NCBI RefSeq assembly: GCF_032444005.1
Contig: NC_091283.1
Location: 177,072,001-177,136,000, forward strand
Reading direction: 5' to 3'
Source: Ranitomeya imitator
Lineage: Eukaryota
DNA length: 64,000 nt
Part shown: piece by piece, positions 23,301-34,300 of the stretch
Numbering within the stretch: the first letter of the stretch is position 1
Layout of the letters: each line of letters opens with the position of its first letter
The notes under the pieces: generated by a model
Told to the model about the DNA's origin: nothing
Databases searched by the model: none
The model's input: the letters and a program-made list of their open reading frames with translations, nothing else
Position numbers and translations under genes: made by a program

Positions 23301-26233
23301 TATACCTGTGGTGGTCCAATCTACTGAACCCCTACTAGCGAAAAAGCCACAGCTCTGGTGTAGCAGTGTTACCCCTGCAAATTGCCGCCCTCACCTCTCA
23401 GCGTGCGGGGAACTAAAGTCCAGGTCCTTCTACAAGGAACCCATCACCTGATTCATGCTGCCCAAGCCACAGGCTGCAAGAATAGAGCTGTGGTGGATCA
23501 TTTACGCTACCGCTCCATGCAGACGTGCCCCATCCTGGCGAACAGTAGTAGGGCTCTATATTGTGCCCTTGATAACTTCTCACACCTTCATCATGCTTTT
23601 CTCTCCATCTGTACCCAGGTGTTACCACATTTGTCTCTGAAAGGCTCCAGCATTTCAGAATATAGCGAGAGACCTGTCAATCACCTAGAGCGGCGCTGGG
23701 AAGAGCCGGACAAGTCTCGCCTCCAGCAAGGCTCTAAGTCATGCTGTATATGGTCTGGGCTGTATGAATCAAGTAACAGGTTCTCTTTAAGTGAATGGTC
23801 CTGGCTGCAGCAATCTAAGCGAGCTGGGAGACAAGTTCTCTGTATACGTATGCCTGCATTACTAAGAGACATAGAAAAGGCCATGGAGGCGGTAACTGTA
23901 GAGCTGCAATCAGATGCCCCCTAAAAAGTATCCTGCAAATGCGATTGATGCATTATTTGTACATGGTGAATGACGCCATGTGATGCTGTGCCTTACTGGG
24001 TCTGGAGAGAGGCGATTGGGGGTGTCAGGATGGCTGCTGGACTCTTTTCCCTTTTTCTTCTTTTTGCCGCCCACAGGAGCTGGTGGAGTCGTTTTCTGCT
24101 GATATTCCTTTAACTATAAAGACAATGGAAAAGAATAATGAAAAACAATCAAGAACCAAATATGGCATCTCTACAACAATCTAGTGTTCTCTGTTATCAG
24201 CCTTTTCTGGGTTGGGGAGAGTCTGACTGTAATGTGGGATGATTGAAAGGAAGCCAAGAATCACTGCTGCAGCCATGTGGACTACAGCTCCTGCCACATC
24301 GACATGCAGAGTTATAGCCCTGCAGGAGAGGCCGGGGGTCACCGGCGGATCAGATCTAAAGGGGCACAAGGGTCTGACAATATGTAACATTAGCCTGGAG
24401 GGCGGCCCACAGCTGGACAGTCACAAGAGGTAACTGTGGGAGGGACACGGCTGTCACCACCAACCCCAACACCCCAGCCGACATTTCCTAAAGTCCTACA
24501 CTGCAGAAAAGACGCACTGTATTCTTTACTAGGACAATGGGCCGATTGTAAAAAACAAGGCTTACATAAACCAGACGATGATAATCTCTGCAAACCTTCA
24601 GGTGTCTGCATCCTGAGCGCGTTCATCTCACCACTACCACCATCATCTCCATAAGAAGTATTTCTGCTGATCCCAAGGAATAATATCTGTATTACACTCA
24701 CTATTCTGCTGGTGCAGTCACTGTGTACATACATTACTGATCCTGAGTTACATCCTGTATTATACTCCAGAGCTGCACTCACTATTCTGCTGGTGCAGTC
24801 ACTGTGTACATACATTACTGATCCTGAGTTACATCCTGTATTATACCCCAGAGCTGCACTCACTATTCTGCTGGAGCAGTCACTGAGTACATACATTACT
24901 GATCCTGAGTGACATCCTGTATTATACTCCAGAGCTGCACTCACTATTCTGCTGGTGCAGTCACTGTGTACATACATTACTGATCCTGAGTTACATCCTG
25001 TATCATACCCCAGAGCTGCACTCACTATTCTGCTGGAGCAGTCACTGAGTACATACATTACTGATCCTGAGTGACATCCTGTATTATACTCCAGAGCTGC
25101 ACTCACTATTCTGTTGGTGCAGTCAGTGTATACAAACATTACATTACTGACCCTCAGTTACATCCTGTATTATACTCCAGAGCTGCCCTCACTATTCTGC
25201 TGGTGCAGTCACTGTGTACATACATTACTGATCCTGAGTTACATCCTGTATTATACCCCAGAGCTGCACTCACTATTCTGCTGGTGCAGTCACAGTGTAC
25301 ATACCATGCATATCAGGAGATAACTGTCCAGAGCATGTAGTGGAGGGGAGTAACTTTTCTTTTTGGACTTGCGATACACCTTACATTGCCATCAGCTATT
25401 CCTCCTGTACTTATTCCGCCCCGGTTATATGCGGTCACACAGGCGAGGGGAATAAGCAGCTGTCAGACATCTATCTCTCCCTAGATAATAAAAATGATTG
25501 GACATGTTGAGATCCAACTGCGCGATCCTTCTTCCCCCGCGATCAGCTGCTGGGACACGGCTATATGAGGCAGCTTGTCAGCGGGATCAGCCATCTAACC
25601 AGTATGGGGGCCTCTGGAACTACCCAGGAAGTATAGGACAGCCCCCACACAGACACAAGTCATGCCGGCTTGATACCAAACACAGAAGATCACTTACTGG
25701 GGTCTTATGAGAATAACCCATGTGTGCGTCCCCGGAGACTCAGCGCGGCCTCCACCACGTCCCTCTGTAGTGCTTCCTGGCAGCCATGCCACAACTGCTC
25801 TAATCCGGGCAGCCCCCAGTCTGTGATCACGTGACACTCTGCAGGTCACCACCTCACCGCTTGGCATAAGCTCCAGCGATAATATAGGTGGCACTATAGG
25901 GTCTGCAGCCACTGCCCTGTCACATGACCTTGTGATCGCTTTCCATGCCTCAACAAATAAAGTTGCAAGGTACAAAGTGGCATCATGTGATGGAGGCCAA
26001 TACCCAGTGCCTGCCAGCCCGTGCCCACCACACCCGTCCCCCATACTATGGGTGCACACCCTGCTGCCATGGCACCCAACACTCCGCAGCTGACACCTCC
26101 CACTGCCCCGGTCTCCGGCCTCACACCCACAGTGGCCCGGTAACCAGTGTCCGCGCCGCAGTCCCCGGGCCTCCGCCACGTCCTTTACCTTCCGCCGGGC
26201 CGAGGCCAGCTTGTGCTGTCTATCGTCAGCCAT
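5199..26233 (-). CDS. GOLGA2: Golgin subfamily A member 2 (GM130), 5' 12 exons; gene continues beyond window start
   Basis: Exons: 26233-26189, 24113-23997, 22598-22518, 9735-9631, 8959-8916, 8056-7993, 7886-7830, 7252-7172, 6036-5998, 5915-5853, 5679-5586, 5305-5199. All are GT-AG with consistent phases. Peptides [71 protein letters not shown] match recalled GM130. Confidence 0.92.
5586..5679 (-). CDS. GOLGA2: GOLGA2 exon ([31 protein letters not shown])
   Basis: 94 nt, phase 0/1, highly conserved. Confidence 0.95.
5853..5915 (-). CDS. GOLGA2: GOLGA2 exon ([21 protein letters not shown])
   Basis: 63 nt, phase 0/0. Confidence 0.9.
5998..6036 (-). CDS. GOLGA2: GOLGA2 exon ([13 protein letters not shown])
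   Basis: 39 nt, phase 0/0. Confidence 0.85.
6202..6463. mobile_element. hAT-type palindromic MITE
   Basis: TIR TAGAGATGAG...CTCATCTCTA; perfect 8-bp TSD GTTATAAC (6194-6201, 6464-6471). Confidence 0.9.
6895..7140. repeat. 46-bp tandem repeat (~5 copies)
   Basis: Unit CCATTGTAGATGCAGCATTCACAGACCGAGGGTCCACAAGACCGTG at 6901, 6947, 6993, 7039 and 7085 (degenerate). Confidence 0.95.
7172..7252 (-). CDS. GOLGA2: GOLGA2 exon ([27 protein letters not shown])
   Basis: 81 nt, phase 0/0, conserved. Confidence 0.92.
7830..7886 (-). CDS. GOLGA2: GOLGA2 exon ([19 protein letters not shown])
   Basis: 57 nt, phase 0/0, gtgagt donor. Confidence 0.85.
7993..8056 (-). CDS. GOLGA2: GOLGA2 exon ([21 protein letters not shown])
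   Basis: 64 nt, phase 2/0, conserved motif. Confidence 0.92.
8916..8959 (-). CDS. GOLGA2: GOLGA2 exon ([14 protein letters not shown])
   Basis: ttttgcag acceptor, gtgagt donor, 44 nt, phase 0/2 matching the next exon. Confidence 0.8.
9631..9735 (-). CDS. GOLGA2: Probable GOLGA2 exon ([35 protein letters not shown])
   Basis: ctgacag acceptor, gtgtgc donor, 105 nt open, phase 0/0. Sits in the position of a divergent linker exon; little recognisable similarity. Confidence 0.6.
12377..13081 (+). mobile_element. Tc1-like transposon relic, left part (interrupted by DIRS)
   Basis: TA|CAGTACACATGAAAAGTTTGGACACC terminus; degenerate transposase N-terminal coding sequence; continues at ~20098. Confidence 0.7.
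16516..17329. mobile_element. Solo LTR inserted in DIRS gag
   Basis: TGTTATGAA...TTCACAACA termini (imperfect IR); flanked by GCTTCC on both sides (16510-16515, 17330-17335). Confidence 0.85.
17629..17939. mobile_element. Harbinger-like MITE inserted in DIRS gag
   Basis: TIR GGCTGGGTTCACACTGCGTTAG...CTAACGCAGTGTGAACTTAGCC; internal palindromes; TSD imperfect. Confidence 0.8.
20098..20290 (+). mobile_element. Tc1-like relic, right part
   Basis: Degenerate WPPxSxxLNP.E..WDEL transposase C-terminal sequence (tggcctccagaatcatccaacctcaacccaatggagatggctgtggatgagttgg). Confidence 0.7.
20397..20630. mobile_element. Partial MITE of the GGsTATGTGCACACG family
   Basis: Ends ...CGTGTGCACTTAGCC; gcggat/atccgc palindromes shared with 47038-47415 and ~30155-30490. 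Confidence 0.6.
21950..22165 (+). mobile_element. L2-type LINE/SINE 3' tail
   Basis: tgtagattgtgagccctcgcgagcagggtcctctctc...atgtaaagcgct...aataaat plus (AAT)n tail. Confidence 0.7.
22518..22598 (-). CDS. GOLGA2: GOLGA2 81-nt exon ([27 protein letters not shown])
   Basis: Phase 0/0; resembles the human IQDILKVLVSDLNRSNG segment. Confidence 0.88.
22927..23624. repeat. Fold-back inverted repeat (~145-bp arms)
   Basis: 22927-23069 is the reverse complement of 23480-23624 with only a few mismatches. Confidence 0.9.
23997..24113 (-). CDS. GOLGA2: GOLGA2 exon 2 ([23 protein letters not shown]...)
   Basis: 117 nt, phase 0/0, basic KKKKK stretch as in GM130. Confidence 0.9.
24696..25300. repeat. 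81-bp satellite (~7.5 copies)
   Basis: Unit ACTCACTATTCTGCTGGTGCAGTCACTGTGTACATACATTACTGATCCTGAGTTACATCCTGTATTATACTCCAGAGCTGC. Confidence 0.97.
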
Positions 26234-26470
26234 CCCGAGTCCGGCCGGGGGAACACGTCACCGCGCACCCACAATGCACCGCGCCTGCGCGCACTCCCGA
26301 GCTGAGCGCGGTCCCCGTGACGTCACTGCCAGCTGTACCATCCCAAGGGGCGACGTGGGGGGGAGTGGGCGGTACCAACAGTCGGGAAGTGCAGGAATGT
26401 GTGCACTGTGCCGCCCTGCCCTAGTCAGCGGGTCACTGTGTCCGCAGGAGGCTGACAGGCGTGGGCTGTG
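26130..26470 (-). promoter_or_regulatory. GOLGA2 CpG-rich promoter/exon 1 region
   Basis: High CpG around the ATG; TGACGTCA at 26318-26325; GCGCCTGCGC (NRF1-like) at ~26281. Confidence 0.7.
26189..26233 (-). CDS. GOLGA2: GOLGA2 coding exon 1 ([15 protein letters not shown])
   Basis: ATG at 26233, donor GTAAAG at 26188, CpG-rich context. Confidence 0.85.
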
Positions 26471-29400
26471 TGTACACAGGCTGTCTGTGTAATTGGTCTC
26501 TGCTGGGTATACACAGGCTGTCTGTGTGAGTGGTCTCTGCTGTGTTTACACAGGCTGTCTGTGATTGGTCTCTGCTGTGTTTACACAGGCTGTCTGTGAT
26601 TGGTCTCTGCTGGGTTTACACAGGCTGTCTGTGTGAGTGGTCCCTGCTGTGTTTACACAGGCTGTCTGTGTGAGTGGTCTCTGCTGGGTTTACACAGGCT
26701 GTCTGTGTGAGTGGTCTCTGCTGTGTTTACACAGGCTGTCTGTGATTGGTCTCTGCTGTGTTTACACAGGCTGTCTGTGATTGGTCTCTGCTGGGTTTAC
26801 ACAGGCTGTCTGTGTGAGTGGTCCCTGCTGTGTTTACACAGGCTGTCTGTGATTGGTCTCTGCTGTGTTTACACAGGCTGTCTGTGATTGGTCTCTGCTG
26901 GGTTTACACAGGCTGTCTGTGTGATTGGTCTCTGCTGGGTTTACACAGGCTGTCTGTGATTGGTCTCTGCTGTGTTTACACAGGCTGTGTGCTTGGTCTG
27001 CTGTGTTTACACAGGCTGTCTGTGTGATTGGTCTCTGCTGGGTTTACACAGGCTGTCTGTGTGATTGGTCTCTGCTGGGTTTACACAGGCTGTGCGATTG
27101 GTCTCTCCTGGGTTTACACAGGCTGTCTGTGTGATTGGTCTCTGCTGGGTTTACACAGGCTGTCTGTGTGATTGGTCTCTGCTGGGTTTACACAGGCTGT
27201 CTGTGATTGGTCTCTGCTGGGTATACACAGGCTGTCTGTGTGATTGGTCTCTGCTGGGTTTACACAGGCTGTCTGTGTGATTGGTCTCTGCTGGGTTTAC
27301 ACAGGCTGTCTGTGTGATTGGTCTCTGCTGGGTTTACACAGGCTGTCTGTGATTGGTCTCTGCTGGGTTTACACAGGCTGTCTGTGATTGGTCTTTGCTG
27401 TGTTTACACAGGCTGTCTGTGTGATTGGTCTCTGCTGGGTTTACACAGGCTGTCTGTGATTGGTCTCTGCTGTGTTTACACAGGCTGTCTGCGTGATTGG
27501 TCTCTGCTGGGTTTACACAGGCTGTCTGTGTGAGTGGTCTCTGCTGTGTTTACACAGGCTGTCTGAGTGAGTGGTCTCTGCTGGGTTTACACAGGCTGTC
27601 TGTGATTGGTCTCTGCTGGGTTTACACAGGCTGTCTGTGATTGGTCTCTGCTGTGTTTACACAGGCTGTGTGCTTGGTCTGCTGTGTTTACACAGGCTGT
27701 CTGTGTGATTGGTCTCTGCTGGGTTTACACAGGCTGTCTGTGTGATTGGTCTCTGCTGGGTTTACACAGGCTGTCTGTGTGATTGGTCTCTGCTGGGTTT
27801 ACACAGGCTGTGTGATTGGTCTCTCCTGGGTTTACACAGGCTGTCTGTGTGATTGGTCTCTGCTGGGTTTACACAGGCTGTCTGTGTGATTGATCTCTGC
27901 TGGGTTTACACAGGCTGTCTGTGATTGGTCTCTGCTGGGTTTACACAGGCTGTCTGTGTGATTGGTCTCTGCTGGGTTTACACAGGCTGTCTGTGATTGG
28001 TCTCTGCTGGGTATACACAGGCTGTCTGTGTGAGTGGTCTCTGCTGGGTTTACACAGGCTGTCTGTGTGAGTGGTCTCTGCTGTGTTTACACAGGCTGTC
28101 TGTGATTGGTCTCTGCTGTGTTTACACAGGCTGTCTGTGATTGGTCTCTGCTGGGTTTACACAGGCTGTCTGTGTGAGTGGTCCCTGCTGTGTTTACACA
28201 GGCTGTCTGTGATTGGTCTCTGCTGTGTTTACACAGGCTGTCTGTGATTGGTCTCTGCTGGGTTTACACAGGCTGTCTGTGTGATTGGTCTCTGCTGGGT
28301 TTACACAGGCTGTCTGTGATTGGTCTCTGCTGTGTTTACACAGGCTGTGTGCTTGGTCTGCTGTGTTTACACAGGCTGTCTGTGTGATTGGTCTCTGCTG
28401 GGTTTACACAGGCTGTCTGTGTGATTGGTCTCTGCTGGGTTTACACAGGCTGTGCGATTGGTCTCTCCTGGGTTTACACAGGCTGTCTGTGTGATTGGTC
28501 TCTGCTGGGTTTACACAGGCTGTCTGTGTGATTGGTCTCTGCTGGGTTTACACAGGCTGTCTGTGATTGGTCTCTGCTGGGTATACACAGGCTGTCTGTG
28601 TGATTGGTCTCTGCTGGGTTTACACAGGCTGTCTGTGTGATTGGTCTCTGCTGGGTTTACACAGGCTGTCTGTGTGATTGGTCTCTGCTGGGTTTACACA
28701 GGCTGTCTGTGATTGGTCTCTGCTGTGTTTACACAGGCTGTCTGTGATTGGTCTCTGCTGTGTTTACACAGGCTGTCTGTGTGATTGGTCTCTGCTGTGT
28801 TTACACAGGCTGTCTGTGATTGGTCTCTGCTGTGTTTACACAGGCTGTCTGTGTGATTGGTCTCTGCTGGGTTTACACAGGCTGTCTGTGATTGGTCTCT
28901 GCTGTGTTTACACAGGCTGTCTGCGTGATTGGTCTCTGCTGGGTTTACACAGGCTGTCTGTGTGAGTGGTCTCTGCTGTGTTTACACAGGCTGTCTGAGT
29001 GAGTGGTCTCTGCTGGGTTTACACAGGCTGTCTGTGATTGGTCTCTGCTGTGTTTACACAGGCTGTCTGTGATTGGTCTCTGCTGTGTTTACACAGGCTG
29101 TGTGCTTGGTCTGCTGTGTTTACACAGGCTGTCTGTGTGATTGGTCTCTGCTGGGTTTACACAGGCTGTCTGTGTGATTGGTCTCTGCTGGGTTTACACA
29201 GGCTGTGTGATTGGTCTCTCCTGGGTTTACACAGGCTGTCTGTGTGATTGGTCTCTGCTGGGTTTACACAGGCTGTCTGTGTGATTGATCTCTGCTGGGT
29301 TTACACAGGCTGTCTGTGATTGGTCTCTGCTGGGTTTACACAGGCTGTCTGTGTGATTGGTCTCTGCTGGGTTTACACAGGCTGTCTGTGATTGGTCTCT

Positions 29401-30157
29401 GCTGGGTATACACAGGCTGTCTGTGTGATTGGTCTCTGCTGGGTTTACACAGGCTGTCTGTGATTGGTCTCTGCTGGGTATACACAGGCTGTCTGTGTGA
29501 TTGGTCTCTGCTGGGTTTACACAGGCTGTCTGTGTGATTGGTCTCTGCTGTGTTTACACAGGCTGTCTGTGATTGGTCTCTGCTGTGTTTACACAGGCTG
29601 TCTGTGATTGGTCTCTGCTGTGTTTACACAGGCTGTCTGTGTGATTGGTCTCTGCTGTGTTTACACAGGCTGTCTGTGTGATTGGTCTCTGCTGGGTTTA
29701 CACAGGCTGTCTGTGTGATTGATCTCTGCTGTGTTTACACAGGCTGTCTGTGATTGGTCTCTGCTGGGTTTACACAGGCTGTCTGTGTGATTGGTCTCTG
29801 CTGGGTTTACACAGGCTGTCTGTGATTGGTCTCTGCTGGGTATACACAGGCTGTCTGTGTGATTGGTCTCTGCTGTGTTTACACAGGCTGTCTGTGATTG
29901 GTCTCTGCTGTGTTTACACAGGCTGTCTGTGATTGGTCTCTGCTGTGTTTACACAGGCTGTCTGTGTGATTGGTCTCTGCTGTGTTTACACAGGCTGTCT
30001 GTGTGATTGGTCTCTGCTGTGTTTACACAAGCTGTCTGTGATTGGTCTCTGCTGTGTTTACACAGGCTGTGTGATTGGTCTCTGCTGTGTTTACACAGGC
30101 TGTCTGTGATTGGTCTCTGCTGTGTTTACACAGGCTGTCTGTGTGATTGGTCTCTGC
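26470..30157. repeat. 35/37-bp minisatellite (~100 units) with higher-order duplication
   Basis: Unit GATTGGTCTCTGCTG(G/T)GTTTACACAGGCTGTCTGT(GT); rare variants recur at +1360 and +~1432 offsets. Confidence 0.98.
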
Positions 30158-30504
30158 AAAAAAAATTGCATAAATTAAAAACACAGCAAGGCTATGTGCA
30201 CTTTGCGGATTTTGATGCAGATCCGCAGTGTTTTTGGATGTGCGGAATTGCATCAAATCTGCAGTGTAGTGCACAAGCAATGTTAGTCAATGGGAAATTG
30301 AGAACTGTGCACATGCTGCGGAAAAAAAAAACGTGCGGATTTGCAGGTTTTTTTTCTGCAGCTTCTCAATTATTTTTCGGATCTGCAGCGTTTCTGCACC
30401 CATTGGCTACCATTGTGTCAGGGCAATCCACAGCAAAACCGCAGGATTTTAAAAAGATCTTCAGATTTGCTGCGGATGTGCATGCGAGATACGCTGTAGA
30501 TCGG

Positions 30505-31277
30505 GGAGGAGGAAGAGTGTGTGTGCAGAGAATATGTGTGTCTGTGTGCGGGGCTGTGCCGGGATCTGCGGTGCTGTGTGTGTGTGTCTGTGTGCAGAGA
30601 ATATGTGTGTCTGTGTGCGGGGCTGTGCCGGGATCTGCGGTGCTGTGTGTGTGTGTGTCTGTGTGCGGGGCTGTGTGTCTGTGTGCGGGGCTGTGTGTGT
30701 GTCTGTGTGCGGGGCTGTGCTGGGGTCTGCAGGGCTGTGTGTTTGTGTGCGGGGCTGTGCCGGGATCTGCGGGGCTGTGTGTCTGTGTGCGGGGCTGTGC
30801 CGGGATCTGCGGGGCTGTGTGCGGGGCTGTGTGCGGGGCTGTGTGTCTGTGTGCGGGGCTGTGCTGGGGTCTGCAGGGCTGTGTGTCTGTGTGCTGGGCT
30901 GTGTGTGTGTCTGTGTGCGGGGCTGTGTGTCTGTGTGCGGGGCTGTGTGTCTGTGTGCGGGGCTGTGCTGGGGTCTGCAGGGCTGTGTGCGGGGCTGTGT
31001 GTCTGTGTGCGGGGCTGTGTGTGTGTCTGTGTGCGGGGCTGTGTGTGTCTGTGTGCGGGGCTGTATGTCTGTGTGCGGGGCATTGTGTCTGTGTGTGGGG
31101 CTGTGTGTCTGTGTGGGGCTGTGTGTCTGTGTGCGGGGCTGTGTGTGTGTCTGTGTGCGGGGCTGTGCTGGGGTCTGCGGGGCTGTGTGTGTGTCTGTGT
31201 GCTGGGCTGTGTGTCTGTGTGCGGGGCTGTGTGTGTGTCTGTGTGCGGGGCTGTGTGTCTGTGTGCGGGGCTGTGTG
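30505..31277. repeat. GT/GC-rich low-complexity tandem repeat (GTGTGTCTGTGTGCGGGGCT-like)
   Basis: Variable ~20-24-bp units; source of the spurious long Cys/Val ORFs. Confidence 0.95.
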
Positions 31278-32510
31278 TCAGGCATCGTCCAATGTGACGA
31301 TGGTCACTGTAGCAGGCATCTGGCTATGCCTGCTACAGTAACAGCCGGATGATGGGACAGCAGTAGTCCCATCATCCGGCTACTGTGTTCAAGTGTAAAA
31401 CAAAACACATATACAGTACATACATATACAGTATATACTCACCAATCACCTAAACCCTGACGCGCTCGATCACCTGTAAAAGAAATAAAAATAATAAACC
31501 GACAGTACTCCCTGATCCGCAGTAATCCATTTAATAATGAGTGTCCCACGACAATCTCCCATGAAGAGCTGTCACATTGGCAGATGCGACCGCTCTCCAG
31601 GGGCACCGGGATACAGTAGGTATCCTTCCACACTGTATCCCTCCGCCGCTGTGAGTGCACAGTTCATGCTGTCACTTGCGGCACGGCTGCATGGGAGAAT
31701 TCTCACGCAGCAGTCCATAAAGTGAGAGGCCATTGAACCCTCAGTGATAACACTGCAGGAGCCATTGTCTCCTGTCAGTGTGTCACTGGAGGCCTGTAGA
31801 GCGGTCACATCTCCTGATGTGACAGCTCTATAGGGAGATCGTCGTGGGACTGCATCGGACCAGGGAGTATTTGTGTTAGTTTATTATTTTTTCTTTTTTT
31901 GCAGGAGATTGAGGGCGTCGCATGGATTGGCAGAACAATAAAGATGGCAAAACTGTGTTGTGTATCATTAAAATACTTTATTCTGGCTGTGTTCATTTAA
32001 CCGTTTCACAACTATAGGATTAGTAATGGACAGGTGTCTTATTGACGCTTCTCCATTACAAAGGCGGCTTGATGTCACCAAACAATACAAAGGTGATATC
32101 AACCCCACAACTATTACCCCATATGCCACTGCTACAGAGCAGTGGGAAGAGAGAGGCTAAGTGCCAGAATTGGCGCATCTTAGAAATGCACCGTTTCTGG
32201 GGCGGCTGTGAGCTAACGTTTGTAGCCGGGGGGAGCCCACGCCATTTTTTAAAATTAAACAGATATTGCATTTAAGGCTGAGGTCACACTTTCGAGAAAC
32301 TCAATACCCAGCACTACCGCCGGCACTCGGGACCGAAGTGTGCGGCTGCATGTATTTCTATGTAGCTGAACGCTCCGGTCCCAGTGCCGGCATTGATGCA
32401 GGACTCGTGCGAGATTCTTGCAAGTGTGACCCCGGCCTAACGCAAAATTTTTGTGTGTATGTGTGTGGCTTTATTTAACTCTTTATGTACCATTTTATTA
32501 TGTTTATTAC

Positions 32511-32649
32511 NNNNNNNNNNNNNNNNNNNNNNNNNNNNNNNNNNNNNNNNNNNNNNNNNNNNNNNNNNNNNNNNNNNNNNNNNNNNNNNNNNNNNNNNNN
32601 NNNNNNNNNNNNNNNNNNNNNNNNNNNNNNNNNNNNNNNNNNNNNNNNN
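32511..32649. other. Assembly gap (N run)
   Basis: Run of N. Confidence 1.
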
Positions 32650-33352
32650 TCTTCAATGAAATATGTAAATGAAGTGGTTGGACAAAAAATTACATCACAA
32701 TTCTTTTTCTTTTGTTCAATAATAGATCTTTATTTAGAATACAAAAAGGCATACAATCCGCATAAAAAAAACGCATGAAAATCCGCATCAAATCTGTGCA
32801 GATTTTTACCTGCGTTTTCTGCCAAGAAATGCAGAATCTGCACACCAGGCATTACAGAGGCGTTTTTTTTTCTTAAAAACAGTGAAATTGCCTCTTTTTT
32901 CCCCTCACTCAGTATGTGACACCGTTAGGAAAACTACAAGTCCCAGCATGCTCTTTCCTGAGCAGTAGTGTGCGCTGCAGTGCTCTCCGCCTCTCCAATT
33001 TTGCCCATTTTTTTTTGTGCTTTTGTCTTTCCCTTTTTTTTTTGCAGCCATTGAGCGATAGAAGGTTTTTGCTGGTTTTTTTTTGCACTAAGTTGTAGTT
33101 TTTTATTGAGCCCATGTTGGGGCGTGTACGATGTTTTGTTCGCTTTTTATTCGCTTTTACAGTATGCGGGAAATCATTTCTACTTTCATATATTGGACTT
33201 TTAGTGGTGCTCATTTTTTATTAATGTCCTTATTTTGAACTGGAGAGAAGTGTGGGGAGATTTGCATTTTTATGTTTAGGAGCATGGAGGGCGGATATTG
33301 ATGGTTTATCCTTAGGGAAGATCGTCAATATCAGATTGGGGGGCCGACGCCC

Positions 33353-33425
33353 GGCGGTCTCTGGTCACCTGACTGCAGCGGTCTCTGGTCACCTGACTGC
33401 CGCGGTCTCTGGTCACCTGACTGCT
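33353..33425. repeat. 24-bp tandem repeat x3
   Basis: GCGGTCTCTGGTCACCTGACTGC plus one variable base. Confidence 0.9.
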
Positions 33426-33899
33426 GTCCCGCTGGATGTACACGGCGGAATCCCACAGCACCAGACACTCTGTAGTGGCCGCTGTTGGGTACTGCAGATC
33501 AGCTCCATAGTGATCACCTCTCCTGATATCTCCACGATCATCAATATCTTGGTCCTGGATATTTACTACCATTTTTGGCAATTGGGTCCAAGTAGAAGCA
33601 GGGGGTACGTGTGGGCTGTACACCTGGCAAGGCAATGCCAGTTGGTGCAAATTTCTGACAAAGGGATCAGTCCTTCCTGAGGTGCAGGGTTTTATCACTG
33701 TCTCTATCTCTGCAGGTGTGAATGCAGTCTAATCTCTTCAGTGCCAGCAGGTCAGCCGATCTGATAACTTTGTGTTTTACTGATCCACTGATATAATGAG
33801 AACAGGAGCTGAAAGTCCAGAGAAGATGAACAGCTTCCATTACTCCACAGGCAAACAAAGGCGTATTCTGGATAAATCACAACTTACAGAAGTGTCCAT

Positions 33900-34300
33900 C
33901 CCACAAGACCCTCTGGATACCGGGAACACCACACAAGACCCCCCCGTATACCAGGAACACCACACAAGACCGGCTGTATACCAGGAACACCCCAAAATAT
34001 CTGCCGTATACCGGGAACACCCCACAAGACCCTATGGATACTGGAAACACCACACAAAACCCGCTGGATACTGGGAACACCACACATTGCCCTCTGTATA
34101 CCGGAAACACCCTACAAGACCCTCTGGATACTGGGAACACCACAGAAGACCCTCTGGATACTGGGAACACCACACAAGACCCTCTGGATACTGGGAACAC
34201 CACACAAGACCCGCTATATGCCAGGAACACCCCACAAGACCTTCTGTATACCGGGAACACCACACAAAACCCTCTGGATACTGGGAACACCACACAAGAT
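33900..34300. repeat. 30-bp tandem repeat (~13 copies)
   Basis: Unit CACACAAGACCCTCTGGATACTGGGAACAC with variants. Confidence 0.95.

Noticed and set aside
24390-25340. 249-aa repetitive ORF
   Set aside because: The 81-bp satellite unit is divisible by 3; antisense or intronic artefact.
25694-26188. Read-through of GOLGA2 exon 1 as a 179-aa ORF
   Set aside because: GC-rich intron 1 sequence; similarity ends at the GT donor at 26188.
26470-30157. CRISPR-like appearance of 35-37-bp repeats
   Set aside because: Units are head-to-tail with no unique spacers, there are no cas genes, and the context is vertebrate.
30007-31352. Long Cys/Val/Gly-rich and His/Thr/Pro-rich ORFs (221-444 aa) on both strands
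   Set aside because: They are translations of a stop-poor GT/GC tandem repeat; open in several frames, with no domain or splice support.
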